Of a DNA stretch of 30,280 nucleotides, positions 16,207-25,319 are shown one piece after another. Below the pieces are notes generated by a model. It did not search any database and had not been told where the DNA came from. It saw only the letters and a program-made list of their open reading frames with translations. The DNA comes from a virus (Duplodnaviria; Caudoviricetes). The stretch spans positions 1 through 30,280 of the IMG/VR virus record IMGVR_UViG_3300033512_000173, one strand, 5' to 3'. Each line of letters opens with the position of its first letter. The first letter of the stretch is position 1. Made by a program: the position numbers and the translations under genes.

Positions 16207-17772
16207 ATGGCAAATGATTATAATTTAGACTTTTCTAAAATGGACTTCAGAGGGGATGCTTTTAAAAATGCATTTGCAAAAGGTTTTGCCCAAACTCCTG
16301 CGGGGTCAGCTAATCCAATGGCAGGTTTTACAGGTACAGGGTTAGTAGGTGGACCACAGTCAGCAGGGGGGACAAACGCCGCTGCAAACACAAGTGGTAG
16401 TTCTAAAGTCTCAGAAGGACCAGCCCCTATTATGGGAACAGTAAACGCTCCAGCGGCGGTAACGATGGGAACCGTAGCACCACAAAGAACAGTAACGAGG
16501 GGGACGGTTGAAAAAGCCGCCGATCCTACTTTGGGAACAGCAACTTTAAAAGAGACAACTTACGATAAACCCACATATAATGCCGTCAATCCTAATCAAC
16601 CAATGTCTGAGCAACAGCAACAGGCAGTAAAAGGGGCGGCGGCTAATAGAGACGCTTACGACGCATACACAAGGCAAGCTCTAGGATCAAGCGTAGAAGA
16701 TACCATGAGTAAAGCAGGGGCGGCGGCGGCTCAACAGGCTCAAGGCGTTTCCGATCAGGCAGTACAGCAAGCTATAAAAGCCGCTAAGTCATCCGGTGCA
16801 ATGGGTGGTAAAGCCGCTCTAGCTGCCACTGGTACGGCGGCGGGAGCTTATGGGGCGGCTCAAGATGCGGCAAGAAAGGAATATTTCAACACCGCTCAAC
16901 TAGGGGCAACTTTAGGAGCCGAAAACGCTGGACGATTACAGAAAGCAGCGGATGACCAGACTCAGAGATATGGCATAGACGTTGGAGCCAACACTCAAAG
17001 ATATGGAACAGACGTGGGGGCGGCGGCTCAAAAATACAGCTCAGAATTAAGCGCAAACCAACAGAAATACGGCGTTGATGCAAGTACAGAAATGGATAGA
17101 TATAAAGCCATATTAGCAGGTAATCAACAGCGATATGACACAGATGTTGGAGCTGCAACCTCAAGATATGGTACAGACGTTGGCGCCGAACAATCCCGAT
17201 ACAATACCGATGCGGGTTTAGCTTCCTCAAAGTATAATACAGACGTAGGGGCGGGTACTTCCAGATATAACACAGAGGCAGGGCTAGCGGCACAAACTTA
17301 TAATACCGATGTAGGGTCAAGAGATCAACGCTATGGGGTTAATGTAGGTAATGCAGTATCTCAAGAACAGCTTGCTAACGAACGGCGAGGGCAAGATTTA
17401 GGGCTAGTCAGTCAGGGAATAGGGGCAGCGGGCGGTGTTTTTGGAGCTTTAGCAATGTCAGACAGAAACCAGAAAACCGACATAAAGCAAGAAAAAATGA
17501 CAAAGGGTTTAGACTCTTTGCGCTCATTCTCATATAAATATAAAAAAGGTCCAGCTTATGAGGGCGGACGTAAAGAAGCCGGAGTTATGGCTCAAGACCT
17601 TGAAAAAACAGCCATGAAGCCCGCCGTGGTTCAAACTCCAATAGGCAAGATGATTGACACTAAAAAGCTTGCTACGATGAACACAGGGGCGTTATCAGAA
17701 CATGAGAACCGCTTAAAAGCAGTAGAAAAAGCCCTTTCATACTTAGGGACGATGAAAAAAGGAGCTAAATAA
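16207..17772 (+). CDS. Virion protein with 11-aa repeats and a C-terminal peptidase S74-like intramolecular chaperone
   Basis: Ala/Gly/Gln-rich; SDRNQKTDIK, SYKYK, GVMAQDLEK and a terminal coiled coil form the S74 signature. Confidence 0.75.
   Translation: MANDYNLDFSKMDFRGDAFKNAFAKGFAQTPAGSANPMAGFTGTGLVGGPQSAGGTNAAANTSGSSKVSEGPAPIMGTVNAPAAVTMGTVAPQRTVTRGTVEKAADPTLGTATLKETTYDKPTYNAVNPNQPMSEQQQQAVKGAAANRDAYDAYTRQALGSSVEDTMSKAGAAAAQQAQGVSDQAVQQAIKAAKSSGAMGGKAALAATGTAAGAYGAAQDAARKEYFNTAQLGATLGAENAGRLQKAADDQTQRYGIDVGANTQRYGTDVGAAAQKYSSELSANQQKYGVDASTEMDRYKAILAGNQQRYDTDVGAATSRYGTDVGAEQSRYNTDAGLASSKYNTDVGAGTSRYNTEAGLAAQTYNTDVGSRDQRYGVNVGNAVSQEQLANERRGQDLGLVSQGIGAAGGVFGALAMSDRNQKTDIKQEKMTKGLDSLRSFSYKYKKGPAYEGGRKEAGVMAQDLEKTAMKPAVVQTPIGKMIDTKKLATMNTGALSEHENRLKAVEKALSYLGTMKKGAK
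16963..17358 (+). repeat. Twelve tandem 33-bp (11-aa) degenerate repeats, consensus xRYxTDVGAxx
   Basis: QRYGIDVGANT, QRYGTDVGAAA ... SRYGTDVGAEQ ... QRYGVNVGNAV. Confidence 0.9.
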
Positions 17773-17773
17773 C

Positions 17774-18571
17774 ATGGACGCAGATTTTAGACAGCCAACA
17801 AATACAGGGAAAGTACCAACATTTGCAGAAACTCAAGAACTTATGAGGCAAGAAACCGCAAGAAAAGCCTTGATTGAGGCACAAGAGAGAGAGAAAAAGG
17901 CAGAACTAGACCGACTCGCCTTGATAAAAAAGAATAAAGACGCCTTTGAAGCAGAAAACAGGAATGTTACACCATTCACAATGCCCGGAGAGAACGAAGG
18001 AAACAAGCTAGGAATGGCGGCGAATTTGCCTATACAAGAGAAAATCAAAGATACTAATGCACTTTTACAGGCGTCAGGTGTAAAACCTCAATCGAATATT
18101 ATGGGGAACATAGATACTGCAAGGAAAGAACAGACAGCATTTAGGCAACCAGTATCCGCAAAGACTCCAGACCCTCAAGAACTTGCAAGGCTCAAGAATC
18201 CGACAACCTCGGCAACAGAATTGGCAAACGCCCCGCCCTCACAGGCAAAGGCAGTTATTGACAAGCTCAAAGAGGAAGAAAAAAGAGGGGGACCAAACTT
18301 CTTTGACATAATTGAAGCCGCCGCCGCCGGATGGAATGGCAACGTGCCAGCATATATAAAAAAGGCTCTTGCACAAAAAGAGCAAGAACAAGCACTGGAA
18401 AGAATGCAAGTACAAGCTGACACACAAGCTCAACAGGAAGCGGAAAACAGAGCATTCCAGACAGCTCAATTTAATGAAGAGATGGCATTAAAGGAAAGAA
18501 TAGCGGGCTTAAACCCTGCAAGCGGTTTAGGTGCCAGATTATCAGTACCGGGCTTCTTAGGGGGTAAATAA
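17774..18571 (+). CDS. Probable internal virion (ejection) protein
   Basis: Helical Gln/Glu/Ala-rich protein in the podoviral ejection-gene position. Confidence 0.55.
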   Translation: MDADFRQPTNTGKVPTFAETQELMRQETARKALIEAQEREKKAELDRLALIKKNKDAFEAENRNVTPFTMPGENEGNKLGMAANLPIQEKIKDTNALLQASGVKPQSNIMGNIDTARKEQTAFRQPVSAKTPDPQELARLKNPTTSATELANAPPSQAKAVIDKLKEEEKRGGPNFFDIIEAAAAGWNGNVPAYIKKALAQKEQEQALERMQVQADTQAQQEAENRAFQTAQFNEEMALKERIAGLNPASGLGARLSVPGFLGGK

Positions 18572-20658
18572 TGGCGTTTAACTGGGAAGATGTAAAAGCG
18601 GGCGGACTTGGTGCGATTGACGAAGCTCTTTTCGGTTTGCCAGAGTATGCACTAAAAAAGCTTGGTAAGCGTCAAGAGGTTGAAGATTATATAAAAAAGA
18701 ACGAAAAAGCATATAGAACAGGTGAAACCGTTGGAACTATTGGCAGTATGTTTATTCCAATACCAGGTGCAGGGGCGGTAAAAGCTGGCACGATGGCGGC
18801 AAAGGGATTAAAAGCAGCGAAAGCCGCCGATACTGTTACTGATCTGGCACGACTGGCAAAAGGGGCGGATACTGTTTCGGATGTTGGACGGCTTATAAAA
18901 GGCGTTGACACAGCGGCGGATATAGGGAAAGCCGCCGATACTGGAATAAAACTTAAAAAAAACATAGATTTTAGCAAACTTGCGACAAGGGGCGCTCTTG
19001 CAGGCGGTGCAGAATCCGGTGTCAGGGGAATAACTTCTGAAAAAACGCCAGCCGAAATACTCAAAGATATACAGACAGGTGCGTTATTTGGAGCCGGGGG
19101 AGGTGTAGTTGGCGGTGTTTTAGGCAATAACCTTAAAAGGTATGCCTCAGAAGCTGCAGAAGGTGCGGAAAAGGCTTATTTAGGTACAACCGATCTGGTT
19201 AGAAAGCAAGCTCTTGCACACTTAAAAGATGTTGCAGGAGCAGGAGCGAAAGGGTTTGGCAAATTAAGCGTTGCGGATAAAGCCAGAAGGGAACTTGTAA
19301 GGGTAGGAAAAGAAATAGGCGCACATATTCCCGGTAAAATGGACGAAGCTATATTTGAAAATAAAAAAATGTGGAAAGCCCTTGATGATGTAGTTGAAAA
19401 CGCTATGCCTAATGTCAGAGGGTCGGAAATATATTCAGAGGCTTTAAACAAGTTGGACATGGACGCTTTATATGCTCAGTTTCCAAAGGCAGAGGTAGAC
19501 GGCTTTCTAAAACAAGTATTAGTTGACGGTGTAGACCGTTCAGGGCTTGCGAATTCAAGGGCTTTTCTTAGTGATCTAATTGACGCCGCAAATAATAAAA
19601 GCACAATAAAAAGCGGTAAAGATGCAGCCACACAGCGGATGCAAAAAGAAATTGCAAAAAGCTTAAAAACAGGCGTTGACGAAATTGTCATGGATACCGC
19701 AGAAAAAGCTGGGTTAAACATAGACTTTAATAAACTTAAAAAAGATTATTTACCAATGAGAGCCTTTGCAGAATCTGGGGCTATTGATTCCATAGTTCCA
19801 ACTAAAACCTTTCTGGGTTCTCCAACTATGGAAAAACTGGCAATGTCAGGGGCGGGAAGTGCTTTAGGCTTTTCTCAAGGGGACGATCTTGAAACAAGGC
19901 TTAAAAATGCCGCTATTGGCGGGGTCGGTGGGTTTGCAGTTAAAAAAGGACTCGAAAAACTTATAACAAAAGGAATCGCCTCTACAGCCCCGCTTGCCGG
20001 ACTTGCAAGCGATGCCCTTGAAAAGATCGCTCCAGAAGTACTTGAAAAGGCAGGGGCAACGATTGGCGGGCAAGCCGGCTCTGTTATATCCAGAAAAGTA
20101 CTTGATGAAGTTCAACCAGAGACACCAAAGGAAGCAGAGGCAGCAGAAACAGCCGCCGTATCAGATAATGAACCGGTTTATTTAAGCCGTGTTCTGCAAA
20201 AAATGCAGGATTACGCTATTGCAAACGGCGTTGACCCTGAAAGTCAAGAATTTCAAGACTTTGCCGGTCAAGTTTATTCAGCGACAGGCGGTTTTGACCC
20301 TGAGAAAATCGGCTCAATTCTCTATACAGACCCCGGCGAGCAAGCTTCATATCTGAAAGCCCTGCAAGTTTCAAAAGGTTTGAGGGAAGTAATGCCAACA
20401 GCAACAGCTAAAAAAGCCGGATTATTTGACAAAGCAACAGCCGAGGAAGATCTGGCAAGAGGTACGGCAATTGACAAGCTTTCTGCTTTAGTTGGAGACG
20501 TTGCAAAAGAAGCGGGAACAGAGGCTTATGCTAAAAAAGCTCTGACAAAGATACTCAATTCAAATGATGATCCCGAACGAAAAGCACAACTTGTCAAGAC
20601 GTTGCTTTCTGGGTATGGTGTAGACATAGACGAGCTGGAAAGCATGGGAGTTGTATAA
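18571..20658 (+). CDS. Probable internal virion (DNA ejection) protein
   Basis: 695 aa, Ala/Gly-rich with glycine-zipper hydrophobic segments; short 13-aa repeats (KAADTVTDLARLA / KGADTVSDVGRLI). Confidence 0.6.
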   Translation: MAFNWEDVKAGGLGAIDEALFGLPEYALKKLGKRQEVEDYIKKNEKAYRTGETVGTIGSMFIPIPGAGAVKAGTMAAKGLKAAKAADTVTDLARLAKGADTVSDVGRLIKGVDTAADIGKAADTGIKLKKNIDFSKLATRGALAGGAESGVRGITSEKTPAEILKDIQTGALFGAGGGVVGGVLGNNLKRYASEAAEGAEKAYLGTTDLVRKQALAHLKDVAGAGAKGFGKLSVADKARRELVRVGKEIGAHIPGKMDEAIFENKKMWKALDDVVENAMPNVRGSEIYSEALNKLDMDALYAQFPKAEVDGFLKQVLVDGVDRSGLANSRAFLSDLIDAANNKSTIKSGKDAATQRMQKEIAKSLKTGVDEIVMDTAEKAGLNIDFNKLKKDYLPMRAFAESGAIDSIVPTKTFLGSPTMEKLAMSGAGSALGFSQGDDLETRLKNAAIGGVGGFAVKKGLEKLITKGIASTAPLAGLASDALEKIAPEVLEKAGATIGGQAGSVISRKVLDEVQPETPKEAEAAETAAVSDNEPVYLSRVLQKMQDYAIANGVDPESQEFQDFAGQVYSATGGFDPEKIGSILYTDPGEQASYLKALQVSKGLREVMPTATAKKAGLFDKATAEEDLARGTAIDKLSALVGDVAKEAGTEAYAKKALTKILNSNDDPERKAQLVKTLLSGYGVDIDELESMGVV

Positions 20659-20659
20659 A

Positions 20660-20965
20660 ATGAACGCTTTTAATCCGCAATTGATAACAGACCCTAGATT
20701 GAATCCTAATGCCTCAATTCCTATGGATATACCACCACCCTTACCACCGGCTCCTATAGCCCCGCCAGTGACGCCTCAACCGGTATTTATACCAGTACCA
20801 ATGAAAACGCCAACGCCTCAAAAAAAGGCTTTGTCAGTATCCTCGGCGGTAGCTAGAAAAGCGCAAGGTATTTACCCGGCAGAACAGCAAGCAAAGCAAA
20901 AAATGATTGATAATTCTAAGCCTGCAAGACCGGCTCCAACTGGAGCATGGGGAACAGCTGAATGA
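20660..20965 (+). CDS. Proline-rich hypothetical protein
   Basis: ATG 20660 just after the upstream stop; overlaps the next start. Confidence 0.6.
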   Translation: MNAFNPQLITDPRLNPNASIPMDIPPPLPPAPIAPPVTPQPVFIPVPMKTPTPQKKALSVSSAVARKAQGIYPAEQQAKQKMIDNSKPARPAPTGAWGTAE

Positions 20966-21675
20966 TAACGCCGATTAATCCGGTCTTAAATGACGTAAAA
21001 GACAGGGAGGAAGTCAGAAAGGCACTTTTAAACCTTGCTAAACAGTTAAACGAGCAACACGAAGCAGATAGAAAGAATTTTCAAGCACTACTTGCAAGGT
21101 TTGGCTCAGAGCTTAACTATACAACTTTTGACATTGACGGAGTTCTCCAATCTTTCGGCAAGGCTCGGCAATATAAAGACCTGATAACAGCGGCGGCAAA
21201 CCTTAGACCGGGCAACACGCCGCCAACTTATGCAGCTTTTTTAGGTGGTATTTATGCCCCTAGATTCAATGCCGGTGTAGCAGATGAGGTTTACGGCTCT
21301 TTTGAATTGCAGCATGATTACTATGAAGGGTCAGATATGTTTTTCCATGTACACTGGACACCTACGACAACAAACACCGGTAATATAGTTTGGGGAGTAG
21401 AATGGACGATAGCCAATAATGGCACGGTATTTTCTTCTGTATTGACAGCTTTGGGGACACCAACAGCGGCGCCGGGTGTAGTGGCTCAACACGTAGTACA
21501 AAACGTGTTATTAATTCCAGGTATAGGCTTAAAAATAGGGGCGGTTTTTAGCTTTCGCTTGTTTAGACAGAACGGCGGTACAGATACTTTCACAGGGAAC
21601 GCTTTTTTACATTCAGTAGGGATACATTATGCGGCGGACACTTTGGGGAGCCGTCAAGTTTTTACAAAGCAATAG
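20962..21675 (+). CDS. Putative virion structural protein
   Basis: N-terminal coiled coil plus beta-sandwich (ELQHDY..GSD..FHVHW) in the tail module. Confidence 0.6.
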   Translation: MITPINPVLNDVKDREEVRKALLNLAKQLNEQHEADRKNFQALLARFGSELNYTTFDIDGVLQSFGKARQYKDLITAAANLRPGNTPPTYAAFLGGIYAPRFNAGVADEVYGSFELQHDYYEGSDMFFHVHWTPTTTNTGNIVWGVEWTIANNGTVFSSVLTALGTPTAAPGVVAQHVVQNVLLIPGIGLKIGAVFSFRLFRQNGGTDTFTGNAFLHSVGIHYAADTLGSRQVFTKQ

Positions 21676-21687
21676 GAGACAAAGAAA

Positions 21688-22422
21688 ATGAATTTACCAT
21701 TTTATGACGATCATTTTGGAAAATGCCCGATACTTAAAGGGCGTGGGGTTATTGGAGCTTCTACGGTTAATATTTATGCTTTAATACAAAATATTAATTG
21801 GGACATTGTTTTTCTAACGGCTCATGAATTAGATATCACAAGTTCTAGCAATGACGATGCCTTTGCAGGCACAGGAACTAATAAAATTGTTATCTATGGA
21901 CTAGATAATGATTTTAACCCTTTAGCCGAAGAAGTAACAATGTCAGGGCAAACAGCCGTTACTACTCTTAATAAATTTCGCCGAGTATTTGCAGCCTATG
22001 CAACTATCAACGGTCTAGGAAGTGTAAACGCCGGAGACATTTATATAGTCAAAACAGGTACAAGCACATGGACAGCCGGAGTTCCCGACACCTTAACAAG
22101 CGGATGTATTAAAATGCTAGTAGGTGATAATCTTGGTTATTCCGGACTTTGGACAGTACCAAGAGGCAGGCAATTTCATCTTGAAAATATGATACCAGTA
22201 GGAAACAAAGCCGCTTCTTTAGAAGTAAGGGTAGGTTATCCCGCCGAAAATGTTAATCGTGGACCATACTCAATTTATAAAGTTGACGTTGGAACCGGTG
22301 TAGGTTCTGTTGGAGGGGCACCTGATATTTATTTACCAGAAAAAACCGATGTTTATTGCAAAGGAATTGCCCTTGCAGCGTCAACTATTGTTTCAATGCT
22401 TTTGAAGTTTAAAGAGGTTTAA
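21688..22422 (+). CDS. Putative virion structural protein
   Basis: AGGAG RBS; SSSNDD..AGTG..I.IYGLD...EEVT.SG motif; tail-module context. Confidence 0.6.
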   Translation: MNLPFYDDHFGKCPILKGRGVIGASTVNIYALIQNINWDIVFLTAHELDITSSSNDDAFAGTGTNKIVIYGLDNDFNPLAEEVTMSGQTAVTTLNKFRRVFAAYATINGLGSVNAGDIYIVKTGTSTWTAGVPDTLTSGCIKMLVGDNLGYSGLWTVPRGRQFHLENMIPVGNKAASLEVRVGYPAENVNRGPYSIYKVDVGTGVGSVGGAPDIYLPEKTDVYCKGIALAASTIVSMLLKFKEV

Positions 22423-22424
22423 TC

Positions 22425-23483
22425 ATGCCAACTACAACCGCAAGAATATTACAATCACACGGATTAAATGCCAATAAATCGGCGATACTTGCAAGAGAAA
22501 TAGGCTTAACCGATGACACAGAACAGCCGGTAATAGGTTCAACTGTTGGCGGTGCAAAATATTTAGGGACAGAAGAATTTCTGCAAGTAGTGACAGCGGT
22601 ACCGGCTGCTATTCCTATTTTAAGAAGATCACAGACCATTATTGAATGTAATACAGCAACGGCGGGGGCAGATATTGCCCTTGATATCCGTAATGGGGCA
22701 CAGGTAGCAGGGTACACCGTTAAGGTTTGCTCTGTTGGTAGTGCCAGCAAAGCGGTAAACGTGCAATATGCAACAGGGGTGATTTTTGTAGTTCCCTTTA
22801 TGGGGACAAAAGAATTTGTCTGGAGTGGTACTGCATGGGAACCTTTAGACGCGTCGCAACCTGTAGTAATATTACCATTGACAAGTATTCCAGCCGGTAA
22901 TGTGACTTATACTTTACCGGTAGAGCCTCGTTTATATACTTGCTTCATTCCAAAGGCTTATTTAGTTGCCTCGGCGGGGGGACCCTTTGCTCTTACAATT
23001 ACAACTGGAGTTGCTGGCAAAGAGACAATAATTATACCCCTTTTAGTGGCAGGCTCTACAATAGCAGCAGGAAAAGAACTTCCTGTTTATGTAGATTCAG
23101 AAGGCAATGTTTATTCTTCATATCAAAGAAACGGACTAGGAACAGGATTTGATGCTGATACAGTTGACGGCGTCCAAGGAACTTCCTTGTGGTATTCATC
23201 ATCAGGGACTGGAGGCAGTGACGGCAACGGAGGACAGCCTCCAGCACCGAAGCCGAATAAAACAGGGTATGGAACTGCTGGGTATTTTACAGGTTCAGAC
23301 TATGCTTCTTCGGGGTCTGTTGTATCAACACCTTCGGCAACAGGAATATGGAAAGGTTTTGTAACAGGGTATGGATTAAGTACATCTTTAGGAGACACCT
23401 TTATCATTGCAGGCAGTTCTAGTTCAGTAGCAACTACTATAGGGGCAAATGTTAGGATAATATGGGAATTGGTAACACCATGA
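22425..23483 (+). CDS. Tail fibre / receptor-binding protein
   Basis: N-terminal REIG..DD....IG attachment-like motif; GTGFDADTVDG fibre motif; Gly/Ser/Thr-rich tip. Confidence 0.7.
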   Translation: MPTTTARILQSHGLNANKSAILAREIGLTDDTEQPVIGSTVGGAKYLGTEEFLQVVTAVPAAIPILRRSQTIIECNTATAGADIALDIRNGAQVAGYTVKVCSVGSASKAVNVQYATGVIFVVPFMGTKEFVWSGTAWEPLDASQPVVILPLTSIPAGNVTYTLPVEPRLYTCFIPKAYLVASAGGPFALTITTGVAGKETIIIPLLVAGSTIAAGKELPVYVDSEGNVYSSYQRNGLGTGFDADTVDGVQGTSLWYSSSGTGGSDGNGGQPPAPKPNKTGYGTAGYFTGSDYASSGSVVSTPSATGIWKGFVTGYGLSTSLGDTFIIAGSSSSVATTIGANVRIIWELVTP

Positions 23484-23803
23484 TAAATAAAACTAATGAA
23501 CCTATAGTTTTACGCAAAGATGGCAGCTATGCGATTACACTTAATAACTTACCTTATGGGGTGGAATTAAACAGCGAGCTACATACTGAAGTCGAAGCCT
23601 ACCTCAAAGACCATCCAGAAGCCTTGGTTGACGAACCTAAGCCTCCAGAGCCAACAGAAGCAGAACTTAAGCAAAGCTTGCTTAATGATGCTCGTATTTA
23701 CCTCTCTTCAACAGATTGGTATGTCACAAGGTTTACTGAGACAGGCAAAGCAATACCTCAAGAGGTGTCGGCTAAACGATCAAAGGCTAGAATGCTTCTT
23801 TAA
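23480..23803 (+). CDS. Tail fibre assembly chaperone-like protein
   Basis: ATGA overlap; YLSSTDWYV.R..ETG..IP..V...R..AR motif. Confidence 0.7.
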   Translation: MINKTNEPIVLRKDGSYAITLNNLPYGVELNSELHTEVEAYLKDHPEALVDEPKPPEPTEAELKQSLLNDARIYLSSTDWYVTRFTETGKAIPQEVSAKRSKARMLL

Positions 23804-24353
23804 ATCTCTCTATGCTTTGCACAATTTCGGGCGAGGCATAGCGTTCAAATTTGTATTTACCATCTTTACAAAGGTACAGCGTAGCGCACTGGTCAGGATT
23901 TACTCTATCGCCAGTATCCATTGAAGCCATTGAATACGCAGCGTTTTGTAAAACGTGCCATTTAGCTTTAGCCCCTGTTTTAATATCAATTAAAGTTCTT
24001 TTACCGGCTATAACGGCTAGTAGATCAAAGGTGCCACAATAACGCTTGCCGTTTATAGCGTGGTTAATTCTACACTCTGTTTTAATTGCATAGGGTTTCT
24101 TATCTTGACACCAAAGCGCAAAGGCGTTGACGTACTCCAAAGAGGCTAAAAATCTACCCTCGGCGTCATAGCGAATTCCTTTAATATACCTTTCGCAAAG
24201 CTCATGCACAGCGCTTCCTCTGTCCCTTGCCTCGGTGGTATAAAATTTGTTGTTTATAATTCCAGATTCGGTTAATATCTGGGTAACCGAAGGAATAATC
24301 ACGCCTGTTTCACTGTCGGTATATTGATGAAGTTCTGAATCAAAGTTTATCAT
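23787..24353 (-). CDS. PD-(D/E)XK (Cas4/RecB-like) exonuclease
   Basis: PSVTQIL, RGSAVH, GTFDL, IDIKTG, LQNAAY motifs. Confidence 0.85.
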   Translation of the reverse strand: MINFDSELHQYTDSETGVIIPSVTQILTESGIINNKFYTTEARDRGSAVHELCERYIKGIRYDAEGRFLASLEYVNAFALWCQDKKPYAIKTECRINHAINGKRYCGTFDLLAVIAGKRTLIDIKTGAKAKWHVLQNAAYSMASMDTGDRVNPDQCATLYLCKDGKYKFERYASPEIVQSIERFKEAF

Positions 24354-24495
24354 TTTGTAGGTTATCCCTTATAGTTAGAAGTACATCCGCTTTTTGTCTC
24401 CAAATATGCGCCATATCCCATTTTTGCCGTAATTTACAGCGGTCACAAGCCAATTGAAGCAGGAATATTTTTTTAGCTAGTTATGTTTTATCCAT
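24340..24495 (-). pseudogene. Small ORF with premature TAA at codon 5
   Basis: AAGGAG RBS + ATG; MDKT*LAKKIFLLQLACDRCK...NDKL* fills the intergenic gap and overlaps the exonuclease start. Confidence 0.55.
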
Positions 24496-24505
24496 AAAAA
24501 CTCCT

Positions 24506-24540
24506 TAAAAACCGGCTCAAGCAGTAAAGCCAAGCCGGTC
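24506..24540 (-). terminator. Terminator-like hairpin
   Basis: Minus strand ACCGGCT...AGCCGGT followed by a T run. Confidence 0.45.
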
Positions 24541-24545
24541 TAGTC

Positions 24546-25205
24546 TTATCTACGTGCCATGCTATCAGTGGCAACCACACGAACTCCTGGGATAGTTTCC
24601 ATTCCCTTTGTCGCTCTCGCCCATCCATTCAGGGCAACTAGATCGGCGGTAAGGTAACAAAGAGGTGTCTTACCATCGGCAACGGATTTTACCAGAGCCA
24701 TAAGATCAACACACTCAGCGGAATAGATTGTGCGATAGCTTACGCCTTCTGCTTTAGTCGGCTCGGCTATCTCAACCTTTTGAATTACCACCGGAGCGTC
24801 AAGGGCGGCTTCTGCCGCCGCGGTCATGCCTGCCTCTTGTAAAAGCTCGGCGGCTGCAAGTTGAGCTTCCTCTGCAACTTTTCTAGCGGCTTCCTCGGCT
24901 TTTCTTTTTTCTTCTGCAATCCTTGCTTGTTCTGCCCTATACCATGCCGCTTGTTTGGCTCCAGTTACTTTGACAACGTAATCAAGGGGGTCGTCAATAG
25001 CTTTGCCTTGTGCTAATGTTGCTTGACGTTGCTTTTTACTTGCTTCGTCAATCGGGTCAAACCAAACATGGAACGCTTTTTTTTCATCCCTTGCTGCCTT
25101 GTTTAATGCGTCGCAAGCGTCATAACTCGCCTGATCGACAACAGCAATCAAATCCGCCTTTGTCTTGATAGTCATAACCTTTTCGGCAATCTCTTTTGTT
25201 TCCAT
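24546..25205 (-). CDS. Coiled-coil protein associated with the phage recombinase (Gp157/Gam-like)
   Basis: AGGAG RBS supports ATG 25205; long coiled coil and C-terminal IPGVRV motif. Confidence 0.6.
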   Translation of the reverse strand: METKEIAEKVMTIKTKADLIAVVDQASYDACDALNKAARDEKKAFHVWFDPIDEASKKQRQATLAQGKAIDDPLDYVVKVTGAKQAAWYRAEQARIAEEKRKAEEAARKVAEEAQLAAAELLQEAGMTAAAEAALDAPVVIQKVEIAEPTKAEGVSYRTIYSAECVDLMALVKSVADGKTPLCYLTADLVALNGWARATKGMETIPGVRVVATDSMARR

Positions 25206-25226
25206 AAATACACTCCTTATGCTTAA

Positions 25227-25264
25227 TATGATATTACCATAATACAATTATTATAATAAATCAA
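25227..25264 (-). promoter_or_regulatory. Promoter with overlapping palindromic operator
   Basis: TTGATT-17-TATGGT; operator TATGGTAATATCATA at 25227..25241. Confidence 0.55.
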
Positions 25265-25287
25265 TAGGTAAAATACGTTTTGAGCAT

Positions 25288-25314
25288 AAAAAAAGCGGGG
25301 GTTTAAGCCCGCTT
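25288..25314 (-). terminator. Intrinsic terminator after the recT-like gene
   Basis: AAGCGGG/CCCGCTT stem running into T7 on the minus strand. Confidence 0.75.
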
Positions 25315-25319
25315 AGTGT

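Noticed and set aside
17833-20404. Multiple antisense ORFs opposite the structural genes
   Set aside because: Shadow frames of Ala/Lys/Glu-rich sense genes; no recognisable motifs.
18571-20658. Tape measure protein
   Set aside because: No tail tube, terminator or chaperone genes; the neighbours fit podoviral ejection proteins.
22425-23483. Diversity-generating retroelement target or invertible tail-fibre segment
   Set aside because: No reverse transcriptase, invertase, or template/variable repeat pair seen.
23787-24353. Cas4 / CRISPR-Cas system
   Set aside because: No Fe-S cysteine set, no other cas genes or array; the recombinase context fits a phage exonuclease.
24481-24483. Stop-codon reassignment
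   Set aside because: TAA, TAG and TGA all end well-formed genes elsewhere, and long genes are intact in the standard code.
24506-24540. Similarity of this hairpin (CTTGAGCCGGTTT, GACCGGCTT) to the 1155..1197 terminator as a repeat family or second attC
   Set aside because: The arms are in swapped order, the loops are unrelated and there are no R boxes; most likely convergent GC-rich stems.
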